DNA from: a virus
Lineage: Duplodnaviria > Caudoviricetes
IMG/VR virus record: IMGVR_UViG_3300021426_000001
Direction: 5' to 3' (one strand)
DNA length: 64,000 bases
Part shown: positions 1 through 9,676 of the stretch, in pieces
How positions within the stretch are numbered: the first letter of the stretch is position 1
Layout of the letters: each line of letters opens with the position of its first letter
Made by a program: the position numbers and the translations under genes
Notes under the pieces: generated by a model
Databases searched by the model: none
What the model saw: only the letters and a program-made list of their open reading frames with translations
What the model was told of the DNA's origin: nothing

Positions 1-439
1 TCAGTGTGAGTGACTTGTACGTGTTCCACATAGAGAGCTTGTCTGAGTCTCCGTGACCCGTGAAGATCTTCTTTATCGTCATCGGTGAGTAGAGATAGAG
101 CGGCTTCTCCATGCGCCAGAGGCTCTGACGGATCCAGCCCTCGAACTCAGCAAGGTCGAATACTAGGCCTACAGCGCCGGTCTTGCCGTATGCGTAGTCT
201 TCTGCCGCTACCATGTCAGCGTTTCTCGCGAAGGCGAGAATTCTCTCCTGCATGAACTCGTACTTGTCATATTTATCCAAAAAGCCGTCCTTGTTGTACC
301 AGATCGAGTGCTCGGACGCATACTTCTTAGTGGTGGTGAAAGTGAGCCAGTCAGTGTCGATGATGTTCAGCCTATCATCTAGTGTCATCATCACGCAGCC
401 CGTGTGGGTCACTGACATGTCCAGTCCAACTATCTTCAT
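1..439 (-). CDS. RuvC-like Holliday junction resolvase (runs off the window edge; missing from ORF track)
   Basis: Manual translation from ATG 439: MKIVGLDMSVTHTG...AAEDYAYG...VFDLAEFEGWIRQ...YSPMTIKKIFTGHGDSDKLSMW, i.e. the RuvC GxD, ExY, LAE and P-x-x-IKK-x-x-TG-x-G-x-x-DK motifs. Confidence 0.8.
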   Translation of the reverse strand, partial: MKIVGLDMSVTHTGCVMMTLDDRLNIIDTDWLTFTTTKKYASEHSIWYNKDGFLDKYDKYEFMQERILAFARNADMVAAEDYAYGKTGAVGLVFDLAEFEGWIRQSLWRMEKPLYLYSPMTIKKIFTGHGDSDKLSMWNTYKSLTL

Positions 440-794
440 CAGTTAGTTCCTTCATTCTTTCGAGCGTTGCTCTTAGTCTGTCTAAAATAGAAAAATCTTC
501 GCCGTTGGTGATTTGCCACAGCCAGTGAACGACCTTGTGGCTCATCTCCGTCAGCAGCATGAAGTCGTCATCCTTGGAGAATGCTCCATACTGCTCGGCT
601 CTGAGATTCATGTGATGGCAGGTTAGTCTGTCGTCGTGTGTGAGCTCCCTGCAAGTTAGCTCATCTATCAGTCCCCTCGCCTTGATCAGTCTCTGCTTCA
701 GATCTTGCCACTCACGCGTGTGACGCAGCTTGAACTTTCGCTTCTGATCGATCTTCTTGTGGGACGGACGGTCATCAGAACGTCCAGACTCCAT
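375..794 (-). CDS. HNH-family endonuclease (degenerate Cys pattern)
   Basis: REWQDLKQRLIKARG...LTCHHMN...FMLLTEMSHKVVHW resembles an HNH core; start at 794 inferred (ORF track starts at 830). Confidence 0.6.
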   Translation of the reverse strand: MESGRSDDRPSHKKIDQKRKFKLRHTREWQDLKQRLIKARGLIDELTCRELTHDDRLTCHHMNLRAEQYGAFSKDDDFMLLTEMSHKVVHWLWQITNGEDFSILDRLRATLERMKELTDEDSWTGHVSDPHGLRDDDTR

Positions 795-1857
795 CGTCCT
801 CTTCTGGAAATATTGTCTGCGGGACTTCAACGAGTTCCTCCCTTTTGTTCATGTCTACCTTGAGATTGTCTAGGTCAATCTCTGGCTGGATAGTCGCGTA
901 GACGGCCCAGTAGAGAGCCGATACGAGGTCATCGTGCGAGTTAGAGGACGCCTTGAACACGTTCGGGCTCACTTCGATGAAGGTAGTGAGCTCCTTCAGT
1001 GTAGCCGAGTCGTGCAGAATGAGAGCGTCTCTGTTGACTTCACGCTGGAGAAGAAGACAAGCTTCGAGCTTGTTCGACTTGTTAGCGTTGGTGCCAATTC
1101 CGTGAGGATCGGTGTTGATTATGTTCTGGCAGTCCATCGTGTACCAGAGTTCTTCTGCTACCTTTCCGCCAGGACCGTTGTTTTCGATGATTATGAGTGC
1201 GTTGTTGTACCACTCGGACAGATCCTTGATTATCTGGCTGAACTTGCCGTAGGTCGTTCTGTCGTCGTGGAACGTGCAGACTTGTTCGAACTTGTCCTTT
1301 GATACTACCTTCAGGATCTGAATGGCCGAGAAGTCGAGACCAGAGCCGGTAGCCGTGTCGACTCCCATCACGTAGACGGCGCCAGGGATAGGCTCTTCCC
1401 AGATCGAGACCATGTACCCGTACTTGAATGACTTTGGCTCAGACGGGAACAGCTTGCCCAGCTTATCGAGTTCGATGAGGGTCGTTGAAGATCCCATGAA
1501 TTCGCAGTTGTGGTGGATCTGGTCACTTTCGCCGTTCTCGTCCACTGTGCTGTAGAGATGGCCTCTCACAGAGTATGGACCGTAGAAGTCACCCTCGGTC
1601 TCCTTTATCTCGATTATCTCGCTGCCGCATATCTCGTCGCCGACCTGAAGTGACTCGACAGCGACCTGCCAGTTGTCCCTCATGAAGATGTGGCCCTCGG
1701 AGTAAGAGACTTCGCGGCCGTCTTTTAGCTTAATCTTGTAACCCTTTGACTTCTTGTGGATGAGGCCCCAGAACGGCTCATATCTGCCGTCTGGACCCAT
1801 TATCTCGAAGCCTGAGTTGTTCTTTTCGATGCTTATTGCTGCTTTTGAGTCTGCCAT
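775..1857 (-). CDS. terL: Terminase large subunit C-terminal (nuclease) half, fused to the C-fragment of an atypically split intein
   Basis: First ~117 aa are Hint-like, with no N-terminal Cys/Ser block A, block B-like SEGH, and end ...IHHN|CEFMGSS; then gp17 nuclease motifs YVMGVD, IIIENNGPG, HDDLVSAL; no ATPase domain. Confidence 0.9.
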   Translation of the reverse strand: MADSKAAISIEKNNSGFEIMGPDGRYEPFWGLIHKKSKGYKIKLKDGREVSYSEGHIFMRDNWQVAVESLQVGDEICGSEIIEIKETEGDFYGPYSVRGHLYSTVDENGESDQIHHNCEFMGSSTTLIELDKLGKLFPSEPKSFKYGYMVSIWEEPIPGAVYVMGVDTATGSGLDFSAIQILKVVSKDKFEQVCTFHDDRTTYGKFSQIIKDLSEWYNNALIIIENNGPGGKVAEELWYTMDCQNIINTDPHGIGTNANKSNKLEACLLLQREVNRDALILHDSATLKELTTFIEVSPNVFKASSNSHDDLVSALYWAVYATIQPEIDLDNLKVDMNKREELVEVPQTIFPEEDDGVWTF

Positions 1858-1983
1858 ATCGTCTTTTTTGCTCGTTTTGAGCAGTTTATGAAGTATTTAT
1901 GCTGCAAAATTCAAAAAGGGACACGCGCATCTGTGCATGGTACCCCCTATTTTTGCTGTTTTTTGGAAAGGTGTATAAATAGA

Positions 1984-3393
1984 CTATTTGGCCTCGTTGA
2001 CGGCCTTCGACATCTTAGTCTCGTCTGCTGGATGCGCTGCGTCAGTAGCGACCCTGAGCTTTATCTCCAAGTCACTGCCCTTTCTGAACATCCACTCTAT
2101 CGTGTGAATGACGCACTTTCCGCTGTCTACCATAGATTCACGGCTCATAGAGCTGTAGTCGACGTCCAGAACGTCTCCTATGCGCAAATCTTGGTCTCCA
2201 AAGCATGGCAGCTGCTTGCCAGCGTTCAGTTTTATCGTGTGTCGGTTGGCGAAGAACTCGGATCTGAGTATGCTGTTGATGGTCGGACAGAGCTCCCAGC
2301 CCGGGTGAAGATTCATGTTCGTGTAGCCGTTGAAGTGTCGATAGCGAGTGACTTCCGAGTCACGTCCGTCTGCCGCTAGCTCACCGCTACAGAACTGCTT
2401 GTAAGCGAGCGTGTGAGTCAGATGATAGAAGCCATCGAACTCCAAGTCGTCTGAGTCATATAGTATGGACTCCAGCATCGGGTCAAATACCTCTACCTTC
2501 GCAGTGTTTCCAGCGACATCGGCAGTCCAGCCGCTGTTGTTCTTCTGCATCTCCTCGATGAGAATGTAGCAGTTGTTCGAGTACTTGTCCTTCAGCTCGT
2601 CCACAGTCATCTTCTGTACATCACGCTGGAAGAGGTCGTTGAAGATCACGTGCTTGACCTTCTCTTTGAGCTTCCTATTCACGTCTGTCTCGAAGAAGTA
2701 AGGTACGCCGTTCTCAAGGTTTTGACGCATTCCGTAGAAGCGGGCCTCACAGTTCTTGTTGATCCAGAACATACCGAAGTCGTTCTCGCTAACGTAGCTG
2801 TGATTGACCACGAAAGTGATGAAGTCGTCGGCGTTCATGTTGGGGTTGAACCAGAGCTGGTCATCAGACGGCTCCACGTTCGTAGACAGCTTACCCAAGC
2901 CTATCTGTCCAGCGACTGATCCGAGCACATCAGTTGACTTAGAAGATGAGCCAGGCGATGTCTCTGGGTACTTCGGAATGCAGTTGAACATGCCGAGCGC
3001 ATCGCTCACGAAAGTGACTACGTACTCAGTTCTGCCGTCACCAGCCTTCTTGGTCTTGGATCCGACTATTCTGAAGCGTCCCTTGCTCACATTGTTCTTG
3101 GTGGACTCGTCGCTCTGAGTGTATTCGAAGCCGATCCACAGCGTTCTGCCCGAGTAGAAGCGGTTTATCTCGCGTGAGGATCCGTAGTCGTAGAAAGTGA
3201 ACTCGCCGACTGGCAGCTTGAGAAACATTGACTCTATGAGCTTGAAAGATCCGATGTTGGGCAGCTCTACCTGAAACGCCCTCTCAGTTCCATACTCGTC
3301 TAGCCAGATGCGCATATTCATTCTCGCATTCTGGCTCAGATTTGCTTCTTTCGCTCTTGAGAGTATCTGTGCAGTTGAAAGCTGGTCAGACAT
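1984..3393 (-). CDS. Baseplate hub / gp27-like structural protein
   Basis: IESMF...GEFTFYD N-terminus and IGDVLDVDYS...SGKCVIHTIEWMF C-terminus are typical of hub/late-control-D proteins; structural gene context; start at 3393 inferred. Confidence 0.55.
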   Translation of the reverse strand: MSDQLSTAQILSRAKEANLSQNARMNMRIWLDEYGTERAFQVELPNIGSFKLIESMFLKLPVGEFTFYDYGSSREINRFYSGRTLWIGFEYTQSDESTKNNVSKGRFRIVGSKTKKAGDGRTEYVVTFVSDALGMFNCIPKYPETSPGSSSKSTDVLGSVAGQIGLGKLSTNVEPSDDQLWFNPNMNADDFITFVVNHSYVSENDFGMFWINKNCEARFYGMRQNLENGVPYFFETDVNRKLKEKVKHVIFNDLFQRDVQKMTVDELKDKYSNNCYILIEEMQKNNSGWTADVAGNTAKVEVFDPMLESILYDSDDLEFDGFYHLTHTLAYKQFCSGELAADGRDSEVTRYRHFNGYTNMNLHPGWELCPTINSILRSEFFANRHTIKLNAGKQLPCFGDQDLRIGDVLDVDYSSMSRESMVDSGKCVIHTIEWMFRKGSDLEIKLRVATDAAHPADETKMSKAVNEAK

Positions 3394-3395
3394 CG

Positions 3396-4316
3396 CTACC
3401 TCAGTGTCACTTTGATGCCATGCTCTCCCTCGCGCCATGCGTTGATGGACATCTTGGAGATTATGTCGTATGCCTCGTATAGGTCTTGCGGGGCGTTGAA
3501 CATTCTGAACTCGTCGTCGTTCACTATCAGGAGATAGTCATTCTTCTCTACCTTCATGTAGCAGTAGAGGTGCATGGCTGCGACCGTCCTTATGAGCTGG
3601 CCCTTGTCGAAATAGAGCTTAGTAGCCGCTCTGCTGACGCCGTTGTCCTCCTTCCATAGATTCTGGAGGTACGTGAAGATCTTCATCGCCTTCTTCTCGT
3701 CCAGTCCTAGCGCCTTCTTGATCTTGTACGCGTTGTCCTGATTGAGCGCCCAGTCTTTCATGTCGTTGATCTGCAGCTCACGGCAGATGTCCCTCATTAG
3801 TCTCGCAGTCATCGGCTTGAAGGCCTTGTTCTGACCGTTTCCGAGCGGAGCGCCGACTCCCTTGACCTCTATCTTGCTGCCAGTGTCTAGATCCACCAAG
3901 TCGCCAACGCTGCTAGAGAATCCGATGTTCTTGAATGTAGCCGCGAACAAGAACTCGCCCTTTCCGATAGCTGGACGTGTCGTGGTGACTCCTAGGCACA
4001 TGGATATGTACTCCTTCTTCAGATCGTCTCTGAGCGGAGTCTTAGCTAGCAGAGCAGTTAGCTTATCTGCCATCTTTCCGGGCTTCATAGTAGACTTGAA
4101 GAGATCGGCCCTGAACTCGTCTGGATCGATCAATAGCGTCTTCTCTATAATGCTCACGTAGTCGCTGACAAGCTCGTTGTGCTTGCCGAGCTTTCTGTCT
4201 GTCCAGAACTCCCTCGCGATAGCCTTGATCTTCGGCTCCTTCGCTAGGTTCGTGATCTTCTGGGCTGTGCCGTTGTCGACTTTAACTGTCTGTCCGTTTA
4301 GATTTATGTTTGGCAT
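3396..4316 (-). CDS. PD-(D/E)XK nuclease-like phage protein
   Basis: GKGEF...VGDL...KIEVKG motif; ATG 4316 follows late promoter 4337-4344. Confidence 0.5.
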   Translation of the reverse strand: MPNINLNGQTVKVDNGTAQKITNLAKEPKIKAIAREFWTDRKLGKHNELVSDYVSIIEKTLLIDPDEFRADLFKSTMKPGKMADKLTALLAKTPLRDDLKKEYISMCLGVTTTRPAIGKGEFLFAATFKNIGFSSSVGDLVDLDTGSKIEVKGVGAPLGNGQNKAFKPMTARLMRDICRELQINDMKDWALNQDNAYKIKKALGLDEKKAMKIFTYLQNLWKEDNGVSRAATKLYFDKGQLIRTVAAMHLYCYMKVEKNDYLLIVNDDEFRMFNAPQDLYEAYDIISKMSINAWREGEHGIKVTLR

Positions 4317-4400
4317 ATTCAGGCTCTTATACTCAGTATTTATAGCTGCAAAGAGACCGCTGAAGGTCATCCAGCGGTCCTCATTTTATCATTACGATTT

Positions 4401-7076
4401 TTAGTCGTTAGCTTTCCACTGCGGCTCGAACGCTCTGTAGCAGAAGCGGTCGTCCACTAGGTTAGCGAGACATGTTTGTCCGTATCTATCCCAAGCGTTC
4501 CAAGATACTGGTGTGTCAGACTCTCCAGCCCATAGATCAGGATTGATTCTGATGACTGGCTTGCCGTCAGCGCCATACTCCCAGTACATGTGCTTGAGTA
4601 GCTTGTACAGCTTGAAGAGGTTGATTCTTCCCATGTTCTCGAATGCGTGCTTAGAGTAGTTCTCGTCAGTTCTTCCCTTGAGGAATCCGAGGTTGATAGC
4701 CTCTGAGCCGTAGTCGACTGTTCTTCCCTTCACGTCCTGCAGAGTCAGCTCAGTCTCCTTGATCCAGTGCGGCTCTCTGTCATTGGAGTCACCGTCAGTC
4801 CAGATTACGGGATCCTTTGGATGAACGAGCGTGAACTCGAAGCCGTTGTACTTGAACTCTGGAATCTCAGTAGATGCTGGTCTGTAAGAGCCTACGACGA
4901 TCTGCTTCGTCTGACCCTCCTGATAGTACTCCTGGTTGTTCAAGCCCATGAGGATAGTCGGACCGTTATTTCCAGCGCTGTGATATGCGTTCGTCTGACG
5001 GATGTCGTTTCTCAGTCCCTTACCGACATAGAACACGTCATGCTCATCGCATAGAGTCGTCTCAGCGGTTGGAGGCTCCCATGTAGCTCTCTCACGCTTC
5101 GTGTATATGTGGCAGTTTCTGCCAAATATGAAGCAGTCATCGACCTCGATGAGTCCTCCGTCGTTGTCACTGCCCTCGATGGTGTTGAGATCTTCTGAGT
5201 TCGATCCAGTGCCGAAGATACGGCAGTTCTTAGCGTTTTTGGCAGTGAATAGACCACCGATGAAGATGTTGTTCTTGCCGTTCGTGAGCGTAGACCAGTG
5301 GTCTGTGTAGACTCCATCGATCTGAGACTTGACGCGCCAGCCATTGATTCCGAGCATCACATCGTTGTCGCCGTTCTCGATTCCAGTTCTGTTACAGCCG
5401 ATCAGAACTGATCTAGCTTGCTCTTCCGTGTTGAAGGAGTCAGTTCCGTTTCCAGTGTTGTCGATCTTCACGTAGTTAGAGTTGAGGATCATGGTGAGCG
5501 GATTGTTCTTTCCACGCTCGCCGTGCTTACCCTTTACTCTCTGGAACACTTCCACGTCCTGAGAGTTTGCGATGAGGGCGTTGTAGCGGTATAGATCACG
5601 GTTCTTGCCGTTGGTCAGGTCATCATCCTTTCCAAGATGTCTAGTGTAGCACTTGACTCGGCTAGAGTTCATGATGAGGTTGTTGCCTCTAGAGATCACG
5701 TCTGCCGTGTTCAGGTTAGTGCCATCACCGCAAGCCAGTGACTTGTGCGTGAAGAGATTGTTGCCATTAGCGAAGCAAGCGCTGTTAGCCGCCCAGTTCG
5801 CTAGATCATACTCGCTTCCACCCTCTAGATACTTCGAGAAGTCAGTCTCCTGGAAGATGTGCGGTCTGTGGTTGGCCGTGTAGATAGAAGCGTCTGTGAA
5901 CAGCCAGTCGCTGAAGAAGTCACATCCTGGCTTAGTCTTCGAGATCCAGTTGACGTCATATACTGATCCAGAGCTGCATGCCCAGTTCTCGTTGTTCGTT
6001 CCCTGAGCCATGAAGTAGCTCTCTACTACTCCGTCGAGCGATCCGTGGACGTATCCTGCAGTGTCTCTCTCGAAGCCCACCTTTCCGAGCATGAACTGAG
6101 GTGTTCTGTACTCGTTCACAGCAGATGCGTTAGTGAGAATTGTGAGTCTCGCTGGAGATCCGAAGTCTACGTTGTGGTCCCACTCGTCCTCTTGCACATC
6201 GTTCGTGAAGAAGAGGCGTGACTTGAAGTCAATGGTCTCTTCGTTGTAGTTCGGATATGCAGACGAAGCATAGATTCCCTCGTCGTACTTGTAGAGTGGA
6301 TTGTCACGCTCTGCGATGTCGTGTCCGCTGATGACGTATGATGAAGTGGTGAGAAGATTGTCGTTCACCACGTGCATCGTTCCAGCGAACTTCTGCCAGT
6401 TCTCATAAGCGCGTGAATCTTCTACTGCTTCAGTTATATCATGAACGCCAGTGACCTGAATAGCGATCTTCAGCGTGAACTTAGTCTTGTTGTTGCTAGA
6501 AGATGAAGGATTCAGGCCAGGTCTTTGATCGCTGGTGAAGCCAACGATTCCGATAGGAACTGAGCGCTCGATCTTTCCCTGCTGAGTCTCTGAGTAGAAG
6601 TCAGTGTTGTAGGCCTGTCCATAGAGAACGATAGCGTCAACATCGAATTCTCCCTGAATTCTGTCGCCGAACATCGTGTCATAGAGAGGAATCTCGATGA
6701 CGCAGGATCCGCGTTCTAGCTCTCCGTCGTACGATAGCTTGATCTCCTCAGCTGCCTCTACGACGAGTCCCTGGAACATGTGACTGCCAGGATCGGTGAC
6801 AGCGCTGTTGTACTTAGTGTCATTGCTGCGGACGTATCCGTCGTTGACGATGTAGCTTATGTCCCTGTAGAGGACAGTTCCGCCCTGCTTAACCACCTCA
6901 TCTAGCGTAAACGACTCATTACCCAGTAGCTTGTTTGCTATCCAGTTCTTTCTGGTTTTATCCTTTGGAAGTGAGATCAAAGCGAAGCCGTTGAACTGCA
7001 AAGATAGACCGCGAGACTGGTTAGCGCTCACGTCTGGATCTGCTAGGAGGGCGAACCTATACTGGTATGTTGCCAT
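4401..7076 (-). CDS. Large tail/baseplate fibre-like protein
   Basis: 891 aa, N/G/S-rich beta-helix-like C-terminal part (NNIFIGG, NCRIFG, DCFIFG); structural gene cluster. Confidence 0.45.
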   Translation of the reverse strand: MATYQYRFALLADPDVSANQSRGLSLQFNGFALISLPKDKTRKNWIANKLLGNESFTLDEVVKQGGTVLYRDISYIVNDGYVRSNDTKYNSAVTDPGSHMFQGLVVEAAEEIKLSYDGELERGSCVIEIPLYDTMFGDRIQGEFDVDAIVLYGQAYNTDFYSETQQGKIERSVPIGIVGFTSDQRPGLNPSSSSNNKTKFTLKIAIQVTGVHDITEAVEDSRAYENWQKFAGTMHVVNDNLLTTSSYVISGHDIAERDNPLYKYDEGIYASSAYPNYNEETIDFKSRLFFTNDVQEDEWDHNVDFGSPARLTILTNASAVNEYRTPQFMLGKVGFERDTAGYVHGSLDGVVESYFMAQGTNNENWACSSGSVYDVNWISKTKPGCDFFSDWLFTDASIYTANHRPHIFQETDFSKYLEGGSEYDLANWAANSACFANGNNLFTHKSLACGDGTNLNTADVISRGNNLIMNSSRVKCYTRHLGKDDDLTNGKNRDLYRYNALIANSQDVEVFQRVKGKHGERGKNNPLTMILNSNYVKIDNTGNGTDSFNTEEQARSVLIGCNRTGIENGDNDVMLGINGWRVKSQIDGVYTDHWSTLTNGKNNIFIGGLFTAKNAKNCRIFGTGSNSEDLNTIEGSDNDGGLIEVDDCFIFGRNCHIYTKRERATWEPPTAETTLCDEHDVFYVGKGLRNDIRQTNAYHSAGNNGPTILMGLNNQEYYQEGQTKQIVVGSYRPASTEIPEFKYNGFEFTLVHPKDPVIWTDGDSNDREPHWIKETELTLQDVKGRTVDYGSEAINLGFLKGRTDENYSKHAFENMGRINLFKLYKLLKHMYWEYGADGKPVIRINPDLWAGESDTPVSWNAWDRYGQTCLANLVDDRFCYRAFEPQWKAND

Positions 7077-7094
7077 CAGTTCTCCTGAAAATGT

Positions 7095-7454
7095 TTAGTG
7101 CTGCTTGCTGAGCTCAGTCTGGAACACTGGCATCACGATTCCCGTCTGGTCCTCGATCTGGTTGAAGGACTGACAAGAGCCCTGCGGCTCTTCGAGAGTG
7201 TGGTGGTGATTTCCAGCGATGATCTTGCCGTCAATGATCAGGTGCATGTGACCGTCGATTCCAGCCTTGTCCGTGTGGCCTAGGTTTGAATACTTGTCCA
7301 TGTAGTAGTGATGACGGTGCGGATCCACCTCGCACTTCTCTGTGTTAGGGATAGCGTCAGAGGTAGAACCAAACACGACGCTGCCTGGGAATTCTCTAGG
7401 TCCAAGAGATCCGAGAACCTGCTCAACTAGATAATCATTCAATTTCTTGCTCAT
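7095..7454 (-). CDS. Small His-rich (HxH repeat) late protein
   Basis: HRHH, GHT, GHMH and HHH motifs; late promoter 7459-7466; N-terminal LNDYLVE. Confidence 0.55.
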   Translation of the reverse strand: MSKKLNDYLVEQVLGSLGPREFPGSVVFGSTSDAIPNTEKCEVDPHRHHYYMDKYSNLGHTDKAGIDGHMHLIIDGKIIAGNHHHTLEEPQGSCQSFNQIEDQTGIVMPVFQTELSKQH

Positions 7455-7461
7455 AGTTTAT

Positions 7462-8142
7462 TTATACCTCCCTCAAAGGCGTCATTCTCTGATATGTTAT
7501 CGTCGCGTCTATCGTTCTGATAGTCTCATTGCCCTCGTTAGTGTTCTGCTCGGCGCCAAGCTTTGAGACATAGCAGAACTCGTACTTGTATGCCTGAACC
7601 GTCGCAGCCTCGGCTACCTTGTCAGCGCCGTCTGTCGGATCATACTGGTTCACTCGCTCGACATCGTATACTCTCACTATCATGTCGAAATAGAAGCATG
7701 GAGGCAGCGTTGGACGAGTGTTTCCGTCCGTCTGGTAGTCTAGGCCGTCTGCCTGCATAAGCTGCTCCAGAATGAATCTAATGTCCCTCTTGATGTTGTC
7801 ATTGAAGGTGAGCGTTATGCTGTGCGCTTGGTCATATCGGCTGGAGTAAGTCTTGTAGTAGCCAGGATAGAAGATGTTGAATGTGCCCGCTGGCTCTGGG
7901 TGCTTGATGGGGATCTTAGCTACTGCCTTTCCGAGCTTGTTCATCCACTCTTCTCTGCCGAACCTTCCAGTAGAGTTTAGCTTGTCCACGACATCCTGAA
8001 GAAGCTTTGGTGGATCGCCCTGAATCTCTACTCGGTTCTCCTGAATATCCAAGTCCTCGGAGAGAATGAACTCTACCGTGAAAGCCCAGTTCGGCTCTGG
8101 CTTGACATCGAAGAACGGATTTTTGAAGATGTTGTACATCAC
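7462..8142 (-). CDS. Tail tube (gp19/gp54)-fold protein
   Basis: WAFTVEF...SITLTFND...YKYEFCYVSKLG...IDATITYQ tube-fold pattern. Confidence 0.6.
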   Translation of the reverse strand: MMYNIFKNPFFDVKPEPNWAFTVEFILSEDLDIQENRVEIQGDPPKLLQDVVDKLNSTGRFGREEWMNKLGKAVAKIPIKHPEPAGTFNIFYPGYYKTYSSRYDQAHSITLTFNDNIKRDIRFILEQLMQADGLDYQTDGNTRPTLPPCFYFDMIVRVYDVERVNQYDPTDGADKVAEAATVQAYKYEFCYVSKLGAEQNTNEGNETIRTIDATITYQRMTPLREV

Positions 8143-8696
8143 TCCTCCACTGGGTGGACATCGAAGTTGTCATAGGCCACGTTAGCAGTGAGACGATAGA
8201 TCTCTGAGCTAGAGGCGTCAAGGTCTGTCCATCCGACATCCTTCACGTTGCAGTTGTAGAGAGTGTAGACGAGTCCGCTCTCGAACTTCTGATCTCTGAC
8301 GATCAGCTCGATCTTATCGAACTTCTTGTTGAACTCTACGTGCTTGTAGCGCTGATCCTCGTCCATGAATGCGTTTCCGATAGGGACGCCGAGGAATTGA
8401 ATGAGCTGCATGTTCTGCTTTGCGTTGCAGCGCATGTAGAACTCGACTGGAATCTCTCCTCCGCGATCTGAGTTGATCACGTCCCTGCGGTATGTGCCGA
8501 AATACCAGCGCTTAGCGAGTACGTTCGACTGCTTTGGCGTTCCAGACCTGAACGGATAGAACTGATTTGACTCAGAGGCCGCGTATCTGAACGTGAAGCC
8601 AGTGCTGTCGTAGAATACGACTGAGAACAGGTCCGTTCTCATCGGATCTGCGAATGTGTCTAGCTCGCTCGTAAAGATGTTGTATTGCTCTTCCAT
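8139..8696 (-). CDS. Tail tube-fold protein
   Basis: DPMRTDLFSVVF...YTLYNCNVKDVGWTDLDASSSEIYRLTANVAYD. Confidence 0.65.
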   Translation of the reverse strand: MEEQYNIFTSELDTFADPMRTDLFSVVFYDSTGFTFRYAASESNQFYPFRSGTPKQSNVLAKRWYFGTYRRDVINSDRGGEIPVEFYMRCNAKQNMQLIQFLGVPIGNAFMDEDQRYKHVEFNKKFDKIELIVRDQKFESGLVYTLYNCNVKDVGWTDLDASSSEIYRLTANVAYDNFDVHPVEE

Positions 8697-8704
8697 CGGT
8701 TCTC

Positions 8705-9346
8705 CTAATTCTCAGGGTTCGGGTCAATAGAGTATTTCATGAACGAGAATGATGCGCTCGGCTGAATGAATCCAGCGCTCTCGTAGTCAAGCTTGTATGC
8801 GTAGTCGTAGTCAACGAGACGACAGCTCCTGAAGATGTGTGTCAGGACCTTCTTGTGCAGGTTGTTGTCCCAGATGTGAACGCGAATCTCGTCAATGTAG
8901 CGATACGGATTGTAGCTCATTCTGGACTTGTCCACGTCCTCGTCGTAGAAGTTCTTCGCAAGGCAGTACTTGAGAAACTTCATCGCATACTGTCTCTCTG
9001 TCTCGTGGAACTTGATCTGGAACGGATTTGGCTTGTCCTTGTTCGGTACATAGATGACTCTGGTCGTGTTGCAGTACTTGAGATCGACCTCTCCTGGCTT
9101 ATAGGTCGGAGGCGTGAATCCTGTGCAGTTCTTGAAGGTGAAGAGTCTGTGCTTGTAGTTGGCGTCATCTACGCTCGTCTTTATTCCGTAAGCGGTCACG
9201 TCCTGCGGAGTGAAGTACTTGTTCAGGTTGGTGTCCCTCTCCCTCTGCCAAGACGGCTCACGGTCAGAGATCTCGACGCTGTAGGCATCGGACATCTTGA
9301 ATGACTTAGTGACCAAGTAGTCTTTTATGGAGAATTCTGGATCCAT
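8705..9346 (-). CDS. Tail tube-fold protein
   Basis: FQIKFHET...IRVHIWD...HIFRSCRLVDYDYAYKLDYES...ASFSF. Confidence 0.55.
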   Translation of the reverse strand: MDPEFSIKDYLVTKSFKMSDAYSVEISDREPSWQRERDTNLNKYFTPQDVTAYGIKTSVDDANYKHRLFTFKNCTGFTPPTYKPGEVDLKYCNTTRVIYVPNKDKPNPFQIKFHETERQYAMKFLKYCLAKNFYDEDVDKSRMSYNPYRYIDEIRVHIWDNNLHKKVLTHIFRSCRLVDYDYAYKLDYESAGFIQPSASFSFMKYSIDPNPEN

Positions 9347-9350
9347 CCTC

Positions 9351-9671
9351 TTAGCTCTTTATCCTTCTGTACTTGAACGCGTTGTTGATCTTGTCGATCG
9401 GAATGTACTTGAGAACGACATCTGGCATCAGATCGTGCCACGGATCTGAGATTCCGTTGAGCCACATCACGAACCACCAGAGCTCGTCAGTGCCATAGAG
9501 ACGGTAGCTGACGAGATCTGGTCTGCAATACTCCTGATCCCTCACAGTCGTCCAGCTGTAGACCTTCGCCTCATCTAGCTCTGGAAAGTCGATGCTGCCC
9601 ATGTCTACTTCTTTCACATCGTCTATGATGTTCTTCTGGAATAGAGTCTCTCTGTTGTAAATTCCGGCCAT
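9351..9671 (-). CDS. Baseplate wedge gp53-like (LysM-like)
   Basis: RPDLVSYRLYGTDELWWFVMWLNGISDP signature. Confidence 0.85.
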   Translation of the reverse strand: MAGIYNRETLFQKNIIDDVKEVDMGSIDFPELDEAKVYSWTTVRDQEYCRPDLVSYRLYGTDELWWFVMWLNGISDPWHDLMPDVVLKYIPIDKINNAFKYRRIKS

Positions 9672-9676
9672 ATATT

